A stretch of 64,000 bases of DNA from the NCBI GenBank assembly GCA_039810425.1, contig JBDHWW010000018.1:1-64000 (forward strand), written 5' to 3'. The notes beneath the pieces were generated by a model. It was given only the letters and a program-made list of their open reading frames with translations, was not told the origin of the DNA and did no database searches. Below are positions 38,896-49,865 of this stretch, piece by piece (positions within the stretch are counted from its first letter, which is position 1; each line of letters starts with the position of its first letter). The translations under genes and the position numbers were made by a program. This stretch comes from Pseudobdellovibrionaceae bacterium. GTDB taxonomy: Bacteria; Bdellovibrionota; Bdellovibrionia; Bdellovibrionales; Bdellovibrionaceae.

Positions 38896-39486
38896 CTATA
38901 GCGGGGCGGAAAGAGCCGCCAAGCCTTTGCGAATGCTGTCTTCCAAGCCGGCATCCTTCGGCAGTGTTGACACAAACTGCTCCACCGCGAGCGGCTTAAA
39001 GCCCAAGTTCAACAACGCCGAAGAAATGTCAGGATGCAGGTTCGAAGCTTTTTTCTTGCCCGCGGGTTCGTCCTTTTCAATCAGAACCAGCTTACCTTTA
39101 AGAGTTAAAATAATTTGCTCCGCCGTTTTCTTACCCACCTTCGGCAGGCTTGAGAGGGCTTTCGCATTGCCGCTTTCAATCATTTCGTGAATCTGTGCCA
39201 CGCGGCCGCCGGAAAGAATGCTTAAAGCCATCTTTGGACCAACGCCGTTGACTTTCAAAAGTGACAAGAACAAGCTCTTTTCCTCTTTCGCGTGAAAGCC
39301 AAAAAGCTGAAAGGCGTCTTCGCGAACATGGGTGTGAATCCACACGATCACTTCCTTGCTCAAAAGCGCTTGCAAATCCATCAGTGTATTCGCCGATGCC
39401 AGGATCTCATAGCCAACACCGTTGACATCGATCAAGGCCGCATCCGGCGTTACTTCAGCCACTTTTCCTTTGAGATAACCGATCAT
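38896..39486 (-). CDS. ruvA: Holliday junction DNA-binding protein RuvA
   Basis: MIGYLKG, GVGY, VRED, GVGPK, VGKKTAEQI. Confidence 0.96.
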   Translation of the reverse strand: MIGYLKGKVAEVTPDAALIDVNGVGYEILASANTLMDLQALLSKEVIVWIHTHVREDAFQLFGFHAKEEKSLFLSLLKVNGVGPKMALSILSGGRVAQIHEMIESGNAKALSSLPKVGKKTAEQIILTLKGKLVLIEKDEPAGKKKASNLHPDISSALLNLGFKPLAVEQFVSTLPKDAGLEDSIRKGLAALSAPL

Positions 39487-39506
39487 AAAGACCTCTTGGA
39501 ATAAAA

Positions 39507-40016
39507 TTACAATTCAACCGCGCGACGAACCAACTGCTGCTTTTGGATTTCGTAAGCATGGTGGCAGGCCATCGCCAAAGCGTCCGAAGCGTCCAGGCGT
39601 TCGATTTTTGGCAAACGCAACAGAGCTTTCAGTACGGCCTGCACCTGTTCTTTGCTGGCTCCCCCGTCTCCTGTCACCCCTTTTTTCACAAGGCGCGTGG
39701 CGTACTCGAAAACTTCCGCGCCGCCGCGGATACCTTCATACATCACCACACCGCGGGCATGTCCCAGTTTAAAGGCACTGTCGGCATTTTTACCTAGGAA
39801 GATTTTTTCGATCGCAACATGGTCAGGCTGATACTTTTGCACAATGGCCTGAAACGCGGTCCCCAACTGCATCATGCGCGCGGGGAAGCCCGCATCGGTG
39901 TCCATCACAATCACGCCATGACTGACATGCTCCAGTTGGCCGCTGCGGGAAACGCGGATCAAACCAAAACCTGTAATGCGTGAACCGGGATCAACTCCCA
40001 AAACTAAAGAACTCAT
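39507..40016 (-). CDS. ruvC: crossover junction endodeoxyribonuclease RuvC
   Basis: LGVDPGSRITGFG, AIE, LGHARG, DASDALA; start MSSLVLG. Confidence 0.96.
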   Translation of the reverse strand: MSSLVLGVDPGSRITGFGLIRVSRSGQLEHVSHGVIVMDTDAGFPARMMQLGTAFQAIVQKYQPDHVAIEKIFLGKNADSAFKLGHARGVVMYEGIRGGAEVFEYATRLVKKGVTGDGGASKEQVQAVLKALLRLPKIERLDASDALAMACHHAYEIQKQQLVRRAVEL

Positions 40017-40093
40017 CAGGGTATTTGAATTCGACTGTGGGTTCGGGTCAATCAATAAAAGCTCTGTTGAATTTCTAAACCAGGGATGCCACA

Positions 40094-40966
40094 ATGTCCG
40101 GGATGCCCAAAATCGATGCCAGCGCGATAGAAAAATACCAAGTCCTTCTGCAGAAAGATCCGAACTCTCAGGTCTTTGCCCCCCTGGCGGAGGCCTACCG
40201 CGAAATGGGCCTACTCAAGGAAGCCGCAGCGGTCGCGCAAAATGGAGTGAAGCGTCACCCTGCTTTTGCCTCTGGGCTTGTAGTTTACGCCCGAATCATG
40301 AAAGACATGAACCGCCCCGAAGACAGCTTAAAGTTGGTGCAAAAAGCCATTCAACTGTCGCCTGAGAATATTTTGGCACACCATCTGCAAGCTGAAATTT
40401 ATTTACAAAACAAGCAACCAAAAGAAGCTTTGAAAGCTTTCAAAATGGTTTTGTTTTTAAATCCCCAGAGCGAGCGGGCCCGCAAAGCCGTGACCAAGCT
40501 TGAAAGCCTGACCGCCGATGAGTACGACGATGATGTTTTTGAAATGAGCAAAATCGAATCGCTCAAAGAACAGTTCTGGATTGAAGACGAAGAAATCGAA
40601 GATGCCGGCATCCACACCGCCTCGGAGATTTCACCGGAATCCGTGGTCACGAAACGAGCCCCCCAAACCCCGCGCGGCCTTGAAAGAATGCTCTCGCTGG
40701 TTGATGCCTTTATCGTGCGCAATGATCTGAATAAAGCGAAAATGCTGTTGAGTGATACGCAGACCGAGTTCGGCGATCACAGTGAGATTTTGCAGCGAAT
40801 GAAACTCCTCCACAGCCGTAGTGGCTCGATGATGGCCGCTTCCACCGATGAGAATCATGCGACTCCTTTGAAGCCTTTGGTGTCCCGTGAGAAGGCCATC
40901 AGTCAGAAAAAGCTCGAAGTTCTCGAGATGATGCTTCGCAATATCGGCGAACATAGACGGGTTTAA
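40094..40966 (+). CDS. tetratricopeptide repeat protein
   Basis: DPNSQVFAPLAEAYR and following TPR helices. Confidence 0.8.
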   Translation: MSGMPKIDASAIEKYQVLLQKDPNSQVFAPLAEAYREMGLLKEAAAVAQNGVKRHPAFASGLVVYARIMKDMNRPEDSLKLVQKAIQLSPENILAHHLQAEIYLQNKQPKEALKAFKMVLFLNPQSERARKAVTKLESLTADEYDDDVFEMSKIESLKEQFWIEDEEIEDAGIHTASEISPESVVTKRAPQTPRGLERMLSLVDAFIVRNDLNKAKMLLSDTQTEFGDHSEILQRMKLLHSRSGSMMAASTDENHATPLKPLVSREKAISQKKLEVLEMMLRNIGEHRRV

Positions 40967-41048
40967 TAACCCGTCTTCGCCTCTTTTCATTGACCGGCCC
41001 CCGCCTTCTTAGATTATATTGGCGCCTCTTAATTACAAATGGGGATGT

Positions 41049-41615
41049 ATGTACGAAACGGCAGATTTTAAAAAAGGTCTTAAGATCATGGTTGAAGGCA
41101 AGCCTTACGTGATCGTTGATTTCCAACACGTAAAGCCTGGTAAAGGCAATCAGTTCAGCCGCACAAAATTGCGCAATCTTTTGACGGGTCAAAACCTCGA
41201 GGTCACTTTCAAATCTGGTGAAAAATTCGAGGTGCCAAACGTTGAAAACAAAGAGATGACGTTCTTATACAAAGACGACACGGGCTATGCGTTCATGGAC
41301 CAAGAGTCTTACGAGCAAATCTCGATGTCTGACGATGACCTTGGCGATTCCAAATACTACCTGACTGAAAACTTGAAAGTTGTCATCTTGTTCTACAACG
41401 AAAAGGCCGTTGCCGCAGACGTTCCAAAAGCGGTGAATTTAAAAGTCACAAAATCTGATCCGGGCATCAAAGGCGACCGCGTTTCTGGCGCGACAAAACC
41501 TGCAACAATGGAAACGGGCCTTGTGGTTCAAGTTCCGTTGCACATCAACGAAGGCGATACTCTTCGTATCGATACTTCAACCGGTGACTACGTAGAACGC
41601 GTTTCCATGAAGTAA
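41049..41615 (+). CDS. efp: elongation factor P
   Basis: HVKPGKG, FKSGEK, PGIKGD, KPATMETG, VPL. Confidence 0.97.
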   Translation: MYETADFKKGLKIMVEGKPYVIVDFQHVKPGKGNQFSRTKLRNLLTGQNLEVTFKSGEKFEVPNVENKEMTFLYKDDTGYAFMDQESYEQISMSDDDLGDSKYYLTENLKVVILFYNEKAVAADVPKAVNLKVTKSDPGIKGDRVSGATKPATMETGLVVQVPLHINEGDTLRIDTSTGDYVERVSMK

Positions 41616-41679
41616 GCCCCCATGAACACTGGCTCCCGTAAGAAGAGCTGGATGAAGGTTTAATAAAGTCCCGACCTCG

Positions 41680-41715
41680 GCCCTGGAACTTATGGAGTTT
41701 TGGGGCTTTTTTTTT
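41680..41715 (+). terminator. intrinsic terminator after efp
   Basis: GCCCTGGAACT..AGTTTTGGGGC then T tract. Confidence 0.65.
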
Positions 41716-41851
41716 CATATTTTCCAGACCAACACATGGGCCGCTTTTGGCGCTCTTTTTTCACTCAATTTGCGCCGCGTTAAGGCTGCAGATTTACTCG
41801 AAAATGGCCGAAAATGAGAGGGTTCAGCCAAAACGGATTTTGGAGGCTGTT

Positions 41852-42898
41852 TTGACACTCTCGCTTGAGTTGGAAATTAAAACTCTTCTGGAAGAATTTT
41901 GCGATCCAGAAGTTGTCGCGGAAAAGTTGATCCAACTTTTCGAAGACCATCCGGAGGATTGGTCTGCGGAAAGTTTGCGTGATCTTTCGCGTTTTCTTTT
42001 GAGCTGTGGCCTCTATCAACAACTCGTTGGCTTTTGTCTTCGCAACATCAATCACGAAAAATTCATCATGCCATGGCCGTACCTCATCGAATCGCTCACC
42101 AAGGGACTGCCCGATCTTGACGAAGACGCGGCGAAGTTTCTTATCATGGGCATCGAAGAAGAAAACGCCGCCGAGCAAGTCTGCCTTGCCGAAGGCGCCG
42201 AGAGATTCCTGAAAAAATCGCTTCAATGGAAGAATGAGCTAAAACGCAAACGCCGCAAACGCGCTAGCGAACTCAAACAGCAAATGTTGGATGAGCTTCT
42301 GACCTTACGCACGCAGCAGCTCTATGAACAAGAAAAAATCGTGCTCGGAAAAATGCAGCGCATGTTCCCAGGCGACCAGGACATCATCGAGGAAATCCAC
42401 CAGCATAAAGAGCGCTATGCGCTGGATATTCTTTCTCGCCGGTCCCTGGTTGGCCGTCCGCGCGAAGTAACTGAGCCGCCGATGTCACCAGACACACAAG
42501 CCGTCGCTGACGCCGTTAAGAGTTCACTTTTAACCCTGGCCAAGACCTATCCTGACCTTGCTTTTGATTTTGCTGTCGCCGCGTTCATGCTGGATGAATA
42601 TGCAACGAGCCTTGCGATCCTTGAACGCCTGGAACTCACAACGGAGCAACGCTGGTTCTACCTTGAAGTAAAACTAAAATGCCGCCATTTCCTTGAGGTC
42701 TTGGCCGAACTGAGCCCGCTGGAACTCCGATTGGCGAACGAGCCTGAAACTTTTTTTGCGACGGCTTACTTGCGCGCGCAGGCCTATTGGGGCCTCGATC
42801 AAAAATACACGGCGATTGAAATTCTTGAAAGTCTCCTCATATCCCGGCCGAACTACCGTTCTGTCTCCGTATTGCTGGACCTCTGGAGATCTCAATGA
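41852..42898 (+). CDS. helical/TPR-like hypothetical protein, first gene of tamB operon
   Basis: TTG after GGAGG; C-terminal YLRAQAYWGL TPR-like; ATGA overlap with tamB. Confidence 0.65.
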   Translation: MTLSLELEIKTLLEEFCDPEVVAEKLIQLFEDHPEDWSAESLRDLSRFLLSCGLYQQLVGFCLRNINHEKFIMPWPYLIESLTKGLPDLDEDAAKFLIMGIEEENAAEQVCLAEGAERFLKKSLQWKNELKRKRRKRASELKQQMLDELLTLRTQQLYEQEKIVLGKMQRMFPGDQDIIEEIHQHKERYALDILSRRSLVGRPREVTEPPMSPDTQAVADAVKSSLLTLAKTYPDLAFDFAVAAFMLDEYATSLAILERLELTTEQRWFYLEVKLKCRHFLEVLAELSPLELRLANEPETFFATAYLRAQAYWGLDQKYTAIEILESLLISRPNYRSVSVLLDLWRSQ

Positions 42899-45800
42899 AA
42901 CGGGTGCTCCTGATTTTGTTACCACCCCTGATCGTACTGGCGGCACTTGCCGCTGGTTTGAAGTACTGGGCGATCCCTGCCGGCGAAGCGTGGGCGTTGG
43001 CAAAACTGAAATCCTACTCCGAGCAAAACTTGCCGGTGATCATTGAGGCTGATTCCATCAAGTTCAATATTTTGAAAAATGCCGCTGCGATGGAAAGAAT
43101 CACAGTCACCACAAAAGGAGACCTCAAAAAATACACGGACCGTGCGAACATCGAAAGCATCAAAGTGAACTTGGATCTGTTCCAGCTCTTCACCGGCCGC
43201 GTCTTGGTGTCTGCCGTGTTGGTCGATTCCCCCAAGGTCCGCGTGCAGCTCGATCCCCTCTTGGATCAGCCCTCAAAGCCGGAAGCGCTTCCGCTAAATC
43301 AACTCTTTGAACTCTTGGAAAAAATCCCCGTCGAGCGTGTGTTTGTTCACAACTTGAACTTAGACCTGCAATCCCAGAACCACAAATCCTCGGCGCACTT
43401 AAACGGTGCCGACTTCCTGGTGGGAAATCACGGCAACTCCCTCACGGCGCGCTTGGATGTCCCGCGCCTGAATCTGGTTGTTTTCAACCAAGGTCCGATC
43501 GAAACGCGTTTTGATATTGCCGCAGTCCTTGGCCGCGACAACTTGCGCGTCACCCGCGCCGGGGCCCGCTATGGAGAGTCCGAGCTCATCGTGAAGGGCG
43601 AGTTTGATAAATTCTCGCAAGTGGCGCTGGTTCCGCGGGCCACTCTGGAAGCCAATGGCAATATCAAATTCCAAGAAATCCTGCAGCAACTCCGCCCGAT
43701 GTTCCCGAGCTACAAACTGCCGTCGGTTGTCGGTGAAGCCACCACCCACGTGAATATGAAAATCAACGGCAAAGACCAGATCACGGGAAAAATGGATTTA
43801 AAGACCCAAGATGTTTCCGTCGATCACTTCACTCTGGGCAATGCCACGGTTCAAGGGATGTTTAAAGGCAATAGCCTGATCTTTCCCGAGGTGCAGGTCC
43901 ACCACCCGGCGGGCAATGCCCGTCTTGTGAACAGCGAAATCGAGTTGAAAGAAAACTTGGACTTCAAAACGACGGTCAAAGTCTCAAAAATCGATTTGCA
44001 GAAACTCCTTGTCGCTTTGAACCTTCATGAAATTCCCGTGTGGCTGAACCTGCAGGGAGACTTGCCCTGCAGCGGTCAAATCAAAACGCCGTTCAAAGTG
44101 GTTTGCGACGGCTCGATCTCGGGCGAAGACCTGCTTGTGACCTCGAGCTTTAAAAACCGAAAAGCCGTGATCGTCGACATCGCTAAAATGTCTGCCAAAG
44201 GCCAAGCGGAGATCACCGAAAAGGCGGTTTCTTACAAAGCGCGCGTTACTTTAGGCGAGAACACCGGTGAAAGCTCTGGCACTATTGATTTTGCGAAAGG
44301 CTTTAGTATTTCCTACAGCTCGCCTCGCGTGGATTTTGCCAGCATCCGGAATCTTGCGAATCTCAAATTCAAAGGCTATGGTTCGCTCGAAGGCGCGACC
44401 AAGGGCGACTCTCACTCGGCGTTTTTTGATATGAAGCTCAAGCTGCAGGATTTCACCTTCGAAGACTACTACCTCGGCCAGTTGAATGGCACCCTGTCTT
44501 ACGTAAAAAGCCACTTGCTGTTGAATGACCTTTCCGGCCTTTTGCCGAAATCAAGTTATCAGGGCTCTCTGGATATAGATCTGCACAACTCGCACATCGT
44601 GGGCCGTATCAAGGCTCCGACGCTGGAGCTGGCCGACCTGGTGCAGGTGTTTGAGGGCCGCTATCTCTTCCCGCTGGCGATCAAAGCACCGGGTTCAGCT
44701 GACATTTCATTCAACGGCCCGCTGGATTTCTGGAAGCTGTCATACCAGCTCGATTCAAAATTCCGTGGTGGCCAGTTCGCCGGAGAATCTTTTGATGAGC
44801 TGGTTCTGAACGCACAGGCCACTCAAGGCAATATGCGAATTCAAAAGGCCTTCTTGAGAAAGAACGCCGCAACGATCTCGGCCAATGGCGGTGTCGGTCC
44901 CCAGCAGGATTTAAATTTGAAAGTCGAAGGCAAGAACTTCCGCCTTGATGAATCAGACTTCATTTCCAAGATCAGCACGAACATCTTTGGTATTTTAAAC
45001 TTCTCAAGTCAGCTACACGGTAAAGTGACTGAACCGGATATCGCTCTGCGCGGAAGTATCACGGAAACCGTTCTGGATGAACAAGAAGTCCCCTCTTCGT
45101 TCTTTGATTTAAAAATCAAGAAGTCCGCGATCGAAGGCAACGCCAACCTCTTCGGTCACAGAATCCAAGCCGACTGGTTGCTGCCGTTTGCGAATGCACC
45201 GATGCGTTTGCGGTTAAAGACCGTCGATTGGAACTACGCTTCGCTCTTATCCATCCTCAGCGGAAATACTTTTCAGAACGAATACGATTCGAGCCTCACC
45301 GCCGACGTGGATTTGCAATCGGAAACCGGCCAATGGCGTAAAGCCAGTGGCAGCGTTCAAGTCAAAAATCTTTTCTTAAAGCGCGGCAACTTGAGCTTCC
45401 GCAATCCCGATCCGATCTTTGTTCGCGTTGACAACGGTAAGATGCGCATTCAGAACTTCAACTTGGAAGGGCCGCAAAACAGCATCCAAGTCCGTGGGCA
45501 GGATTTTACCCTCGATAATATGAACGTGAATATCGTCGCAAACACCGAGCTGCGTTTGTTCCAAATGTTCTTCCCGTTCTTGGATGACCTTGGGGGCTCG
45601 ATCCAGGCTTCGGCCACGGTCTCAGGCTCGTTGATGAAACCGCAAATCCTCGGAAGCCTTGCCACCAACAACAGCTTTGTGAAAATCAAAGGCCTCCCCC
45701 ACCCGATTGAACGCATTCAGGCCGAAGTCAACTTCTCGCAAACCAAAGTGCTTATTAACTCAGTCAAAGCCCAAATGGCCGGCGGCTTGGTTTCCGCCGA

Positions 45801-46866
45801 CGGGAATATCACGATCAGCGAGTACCGCAATATTCCGACCTCGATCCGTCTGACTTTGGATGGTGTGAATCTCAACATCCCGGATAAAGTCCGCACAGCC
45901 GGCTCGGCCGATTTGTTGATCTCTGGGAAGTGGTTCCCGTTCTTGCTTTCCGGTACGTACAGAGTCAGCAGCGGAATCTTTGAACGTGAGTTCACCGAGG
46001 GCGGCGATGGCGCGGCGGGCAGCACCCGTCAATCCATCTATCTGCCAAAGATCCTCCGGCAATCGAGCTTTGAAAGTTTAATTTTGGACGTGCAGATCTT
46101 GTTCGAAAAAAGCTTCTTGGTGAAAAACTCCCTTGTCGAAGGATCTGTTCAGGGAAACCTGCAGGTCAAAGGCTCGATTTCAAACCCGATTCTTTTGGGT
46201 CGCTTGCAGGCAGATAAAAACACCAAGCTGATTTTCAAAGACAAGGTCTTCGACGTGCAAACGGCGAACGTGATTTTCAACAACACGGATGAGATCAACC
46301 CGGATTTGTATGTTTCCGCCCAATCCCGCGTGAACGACTACGACATTATGATCTTGGCGCAAGGACCGGCGAAAAATCTAAAATCCATCCGCTTGACGAG
46401 TGTCCCTCCACTCCCCGAGCAGGATATTATTTCCCTCTTGGCGCTGGGGGTGACTTCCTCGCGCACGGACTACACCGGTTCACAGGGGCGCGAGCAGCAA
46501 GTTCAAGCCGGTTACGAGCTCGGCTTTGCAATCATGTCCCAGCCAATCAACAAAGAGCTTCAGAACCGGCTTGGCGTGAACGTGCAACTGAGTTCTTCTT
46601 TCGACTCCACCCGAAATATCAGTGTACCTAAAGTGACCTTTAGTCGTAAGGTGTCTAACAGGGTGAGTGCCGCAGCCAGCAGAAGTTTAGGCTCCGACAC
46701 GAATGATGTGGAAGTAAAGCTGCGATATTTCATCAATAACAACGTTTCTGCGATCGGCAGCTACGAATCCAGCCAGACGACTCAGGGCGGTCAAGGGGTG
46801 ACCAACTCCGCGCGTGAAAAAAACTTCTTTGGTTTGGATCTGGAATTCAGAAGGGAGTTCAAATAA
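42895..46866 (+). CDS. tamB: TamB/AsmA-like translocation and assembly module protein
   Basis: 1323 aa, N-terminal TM, beta-taco-like repeats, C-terminal SVPPLPEQDIISLL..LEFRREFK. Confidence 0.88.
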   Translation: MKRVLLILLPPLIVLAALAAGLKYWAIPAGEAWALAKLKSYSEQNLPVIIEADSIKFNILKNAAAMERITVTTKGDLKKYTDRANIESIKVNLDLFQLFTGRVLVSAVLVDSPKVRVQLDPLLDQPSKPEALPLNQLFELLEKIPVERVFVHNLNLDLQSQNHKSSAHLNGADFLVGNHGNSLTARLDVPRLNLVVFNQGPIETRFDIAAVLGRDNLRVTRAGARYGESELIVKGEFDKFSQVALVPRATLEANGNIKFQEILQQLRPMFPSYKLPSVVGEATTHVNMKINGKDQITGKMDLKTQDVSVDHFTLGNATVQGMFKGNSLIFPEVQVHHPAGNARLVNSEIELKENLDFKTTVKVSKIDLQKLLVALNLHEIPVWLNLQGDLPCSGQIKTPFKVVCDGSISGEDLLVTSSFKNRKAVIVDIAKMSAKGQAEITEKAVSYKARVTLGENTGESSGTIDFAKGFSISYSSPRVDFASIRNLANLKFKGYGSLEGATKGDSHSAFFDMKLKLQDFTFEDYYLGQLNGTLSYVKSHLLLNDLSGLLPKSSYQGSLDIDLHNSHIVGRIKAPTLELADLVQVFEGRYLFPLAIKAPGSADISFNGPLDFWKLSYQLDSKFRGGQFAGESFDELVLNAQATQGNMRIQKAFLRKNAATISANGGVGPQQDLNLKVEGKNFRLDESDFISKISTNIFGILNFSSQLHGKVTEPDIALRGSITETVLDEQEVPSSFFDLKIKKSAIEGNANLFGHRIQADWLLPFANAPMRLRLKTVDWNYASLLSILSGNTFQNEYDSSLTADVDLQSETGQWRKASGSVQVKNLFLKRGNLSFRNPDPIFVRVDNGKMRIQNFNLEGPQNSIQVRGQDFTLDNMNVNIVANTELRLFQMFFPFLDDLGGSIQASATVSGSLMKPQILGSLATNNSFVKIKGLPHPIERIQAEVNFSQTKVLINSVKAQMAGGLVSADGNITISEYRNIPTSIRLTLDGVNLNIPDKVRTAGSADLLISGKWFPFLLSGTYRVSSGIFEREFTEGGDGAAGSTRQSIYLPKILRQSSFESLILDVQILFEKSFLVKNSLVEGSVQGNLQVKGSISNPILLGRLQADKNTKLIFKDKVFDVQTANVIFNNTDEINPDLYVSAQSRVNDYDIMILAQGPAKNLKSIRLTSVPPLPEQDIISLLALGVTSSRTDYTGSQGREQQVQAGYELGFAIMSQPINKELQNRLGVNVQLSSSFDSTRNISVPKVTFSRKVSNRVSAAASRSLGSDTNDVEVKLRYFINNNVSAIGSYESSQTTQGGQGVTNSAREKNFFGLDLEFRREFK

Positions 46867-49679
46867 TGAAATTGAATTCCCTTTGGTTAAAGCTTTCTTT
46901 CGTGGCGCAAATAGGGGCAAGCACCGCCTGGGCGGCAGACGTCACCCGGCACAGCCTCAATATCTCGACTCTTCCCCCAGAGATCCAAACAGACCTCCGG
47001 CGCCTTTTCCCACAGATTGGAACGAAGCAAGTCACGCTTGAAACCGTCGATGATATCATCCGCTATCTGCAAAAGCGCCCGGAGTTTGATCTCGTTCAGG
47101 TCGAAGACACCGGGGGGGGCCAGTTTAAGGTGACCACCGAACGCTCGACCCGGGTCCAATCTGTGAAATTTGAGGGTCTGCGTGCGATAGGCGAATCCGA
47201 AGCCAAACAACTTTTCGGAATTAACCCGAACGACGTTCTGAACCAGGACCAACTCGAAGCCGGCGGCCACAAACTCGTTCAGCAGTACAATCAAAACGGC
47301 TATCGCAATGCTGCGATCGATGTGGAAATCCCGCCAGATGGCAAGGGCGATGTTCAACTCAACGTAAAGATCAAAGAAGGCGTTCAGACGCTGATTGGTG
47401 GCTTTACGTTCAATTCGCCAAACACCGAACTTAACAAAGCCCTTGAAAGCAAACTATCCCGCGAAAAGGGCTATGCTCTCACCGATTCGCAGATTGCCGA
47501 AGTTCTGACGAAAATGCGGGCGTACCTGAACAGCAAATACTACGTGCGTACTGAAATCAAAGGCCCCGAGATTTCTTTCAATGCCGATGAATCCAGGGCG
47601 CAATTGACCTTCCGCCTGGAGAAAGTCGATGCCTACCAGATCGAATACCTCGGAAACCGCGAAATTTCTTCGTCGACGCTCAATAACTCACTCGATCTCG
47701 GCAACTTCTACTCGGCGAACCCGAATATCGGCTCTGAACTCACAGCGAAGATCAAAAGTTTGTATTTGTCCCGTGGTTTTGCCCGTATTGAAGTGCAGAG
47801 CGAAGACCTCGAAGGCCGCCGCCCTTTCACGCGTAAAATCACGTTTAATATCGAAGAAGGGCCAAAGGTTAAAATCAGTAAGTTTGATTTTTCCGGCAGT
47901 CTTTCGCGCCCGCCGGAATATTATGGCCGCCTGCTGAGAAAACTTTCTTCTGATTTGATCCAGAAAGACTACTACAACAAAGTGGAGCTCGATCTGGGCT
48001 TCGAAGCATTGCGTGTCGAGTTGCAAAACCAGGGCTACTTGCTGGCAAAAATCAACTCAACCCGCACACAGTACAATAAAGAAAAAAATCAGGTCTCCGT
48101 CTACGTGAACTTGGACGAAGGCCCGCTCACACAGATCGAAGGCATTCAGTTTATCGGTAACGCAACGGTGCCTGCGGCTGATTTATTGAAGGCCGTTGAT
48201 CTCGAAGAACATCAGCCGCTGCATTTGACAGAACTTGAAAGAGCGATTCAGAACATCAAAATATACTATCAGGAAAAGGGCTATATCGACATGGTTCTTC
48301 TGAATGAAAAAGAAGACCTTGTGACTTATAACGACAATAACACCCAGGCCAAACTGACTTTCAAAATCTATGAAGGCCCCGAAGTGCGGGTGGCGTCGAT
48401 TGTTCTGGATGGCAACTCGTTCACGAAAGACTTTGTTTTACTGAAGGAAATCGACCTGCAACCGGGCGACACGGTGACTCCGTCAAAACTCGACGAAGCG
48501 GTGGCGAAGCTTCAGCGCTCCGGTCACTTCAATACCGTCGAAGTGAAAACACTTGAAGAAAAAACCAGCGTTGCCAACCGGACTCTGGTGATAAAAGTGA
48601 CTGAGCGCGATCCGGGCGTGTTCACGCTGGGTGCGGGCGCCACGAGTGACTTGGGACTGACCCTGCGTGGTTACACCGGGATTGCCTACAACAACATCGG
48701 AGGCACGGGGCGCGGGGTGTCCCTCCGCTTAGAGGGGAACTACAATGTCAATGAGATCAGATATCTTGAGTCCAAGGTCACCCTTGGCTACCTCGAGCCT
48801 TACTTGCTCGACACGAAACTCCGGGGGCGCGTGAACTTGACGCGTTCAAGCCAATTGACGGATTACAATGCCAAGAAAATCTCCGACGTGAATCAGACGA
48901 CTTGGTCGATTGAGCGCGACATTACTTCGCACATCACGGCGATCTATGAAGTGTGGAACGGCGCTCACTTGCAAGATCACTTCTTAGATAATAATGCCCA
49001 GCCGGTCACTCAGGACATCGCGACGACGGGCCCGCGCATTGATATCGACTATCGCGACAATCCGTTCAACCCGACCCGTGGCAGCTTCACAACCCTTGCT
49101 TACGAATACTCTTCACCTGAAATCGGCAGTTCCCGAGAGCCCGGCGAAATCAAGTTCCAGCGCGCGACCGGAACCTTCACCCAGTACCTGCGTGTGCCGT
49201 ATTTTAAAGATAACTTTATGGTGTGGGCAAACTCCGTGCGCGGCGGTTACCTTGAAAATCTCAGCAAAGCCACGGGTGCCGCTGACGGTGTTCCTTACGA
49301 TAAAAAAGGATTCTACCTGGGCGGCAGCACCACGATCCGCGGTTTCAATGGAACCAGCCAGTACTTCCCAACTTATACCCAACTGGGTCTCGCGAAGGAA
49401 ACAGACACTTATTACCTCAAGGGCATTGCGACAATGTACTTGGTGAAGTCTGAACTGCGCTTTCCAATCGCCGGCAACTTGGGCGGCGCGGTTTTCTATG
49501 ATGGTGGGGCGGTTCATATTCAAAACCAGGATTTGGGCGACGAGTACCGCGACTCTGCGGGTTTTGGCTTCCACTATAATACGCCGGTGGGACCGGTAAA
49601 CCTAGAAATTGCCTGGAAGCTTGACGCCAGACCGGGTGAAGATCCTTGGGCCTTTCACATGTCGATCGGCAGCTTCTAA
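46866..49679 (+). CDS. Omp85 family outer-membrane protein (TamA/BamA-like) with 6-7 POTRA domains
   Basis: Repeated POTRA patterns, FYLGGSTTIRGF, ELRFPI, TPVGP, C-terminal Phe. Confidence 0.9.
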   Translation: MKLNSLWLKLSFVAQIGASTAWAADVTRHSLNISTLPPEIQTDLRRLFPQIGTKQVTLETVDDIIRYLQKRPEFDLVQVEDTGGGQFKVTTERSTRVQSVKFEGLRAIGESEAKQLFGINPNDVLNQDQLEAGGHKLVQQYNQNGYRNAAIDVEIPPDGKGDVQLNVKIKEGVQTLIGGFTFNSPNTELNKALESKLSREKGYALTDSQIAEVLTKMRAYLNSKYYVRTEIKGPEISFNADESRAQLTFRLEKVDAYQIEYLGNREISSSTLNNSLDLGNFYSANPNIGSELTAKIKSLYLSRGFARIEVQSEDLEGRRPFTRKITFNIEEGPKVKISKFDFSGSLSRPPEYYGRLLRKLSSDLIQKDYYNKVELDLGFEALRVELQNQGYLLAKINSTRTQYNKEKNQVSVYVNLDEGPLTQIEGIQFIGNATVPAADLLKAVDLEEHQPLHLTELERAIQNIKIYYQEKGYIDMVLLNEKEDLVTYNDNNTQAKLTFKIYEGPEVRVASIVLDGNSFTKDFVLLKEIDLQPGDTVTPSKLDEAVAKLQRSGHFNTVEVKTLEEKTSVANRTLVIKVTERDPGVFTLGAGATSDLGLTLRGYTGIAYNNIGGTGRGVSLRLEGNYNVNEIRYLESKVTLGYLEPYLLDTKLRGRVNLTRSSQLTDYNAKKISDVNQTTWSIERDITSHITAIYEVWNGAHLQDHFLDNNAQPVTQDIATTGPRIDIDYRDNPFNPTRGSFTTLAYEYSSPEIGSSREPGEIKFQRATGTFTQYLRVPYFKDNFMVWANSVRGGYLENLSKATGAADGVPYDKKGFYLGGSTTIRGFNGTSQYFPTYTQLGLAKETDTYYLKGIATMYLVKSELRFPIAGNLGGAVFYDGGAVHIQNQDLGDEYRDSAGFGFHYNTPVGPVNLEIAWKLDARPGEDPWAFHMSIGSF

Positions 49680-49865
49680 TGAGAGCTCTCCGCTTGATAA
49701 AAAAGAGCGGCCTCCTTGCCAAAATCGCCCGCAAAAAAATAACGCAACAAGTTGTTGGGCCGAGAGCTCCCTTTCGCTTTCCGTGACTTCTTGACTAAAC
49801 CCATCCGTTTTCGTACCTCTAGTCGTTCCGAAAATCTAAAACGTTCAACAACGGAGTTTTTTAAA

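Noticed and set aside
38384..39190. 268-aa plus-strand ORF over ruvB/ruvA, and the many other short antisense ORFs
   Set aside because: They overlap well-supported genes on the opposite strand and have no recognisable motifs.
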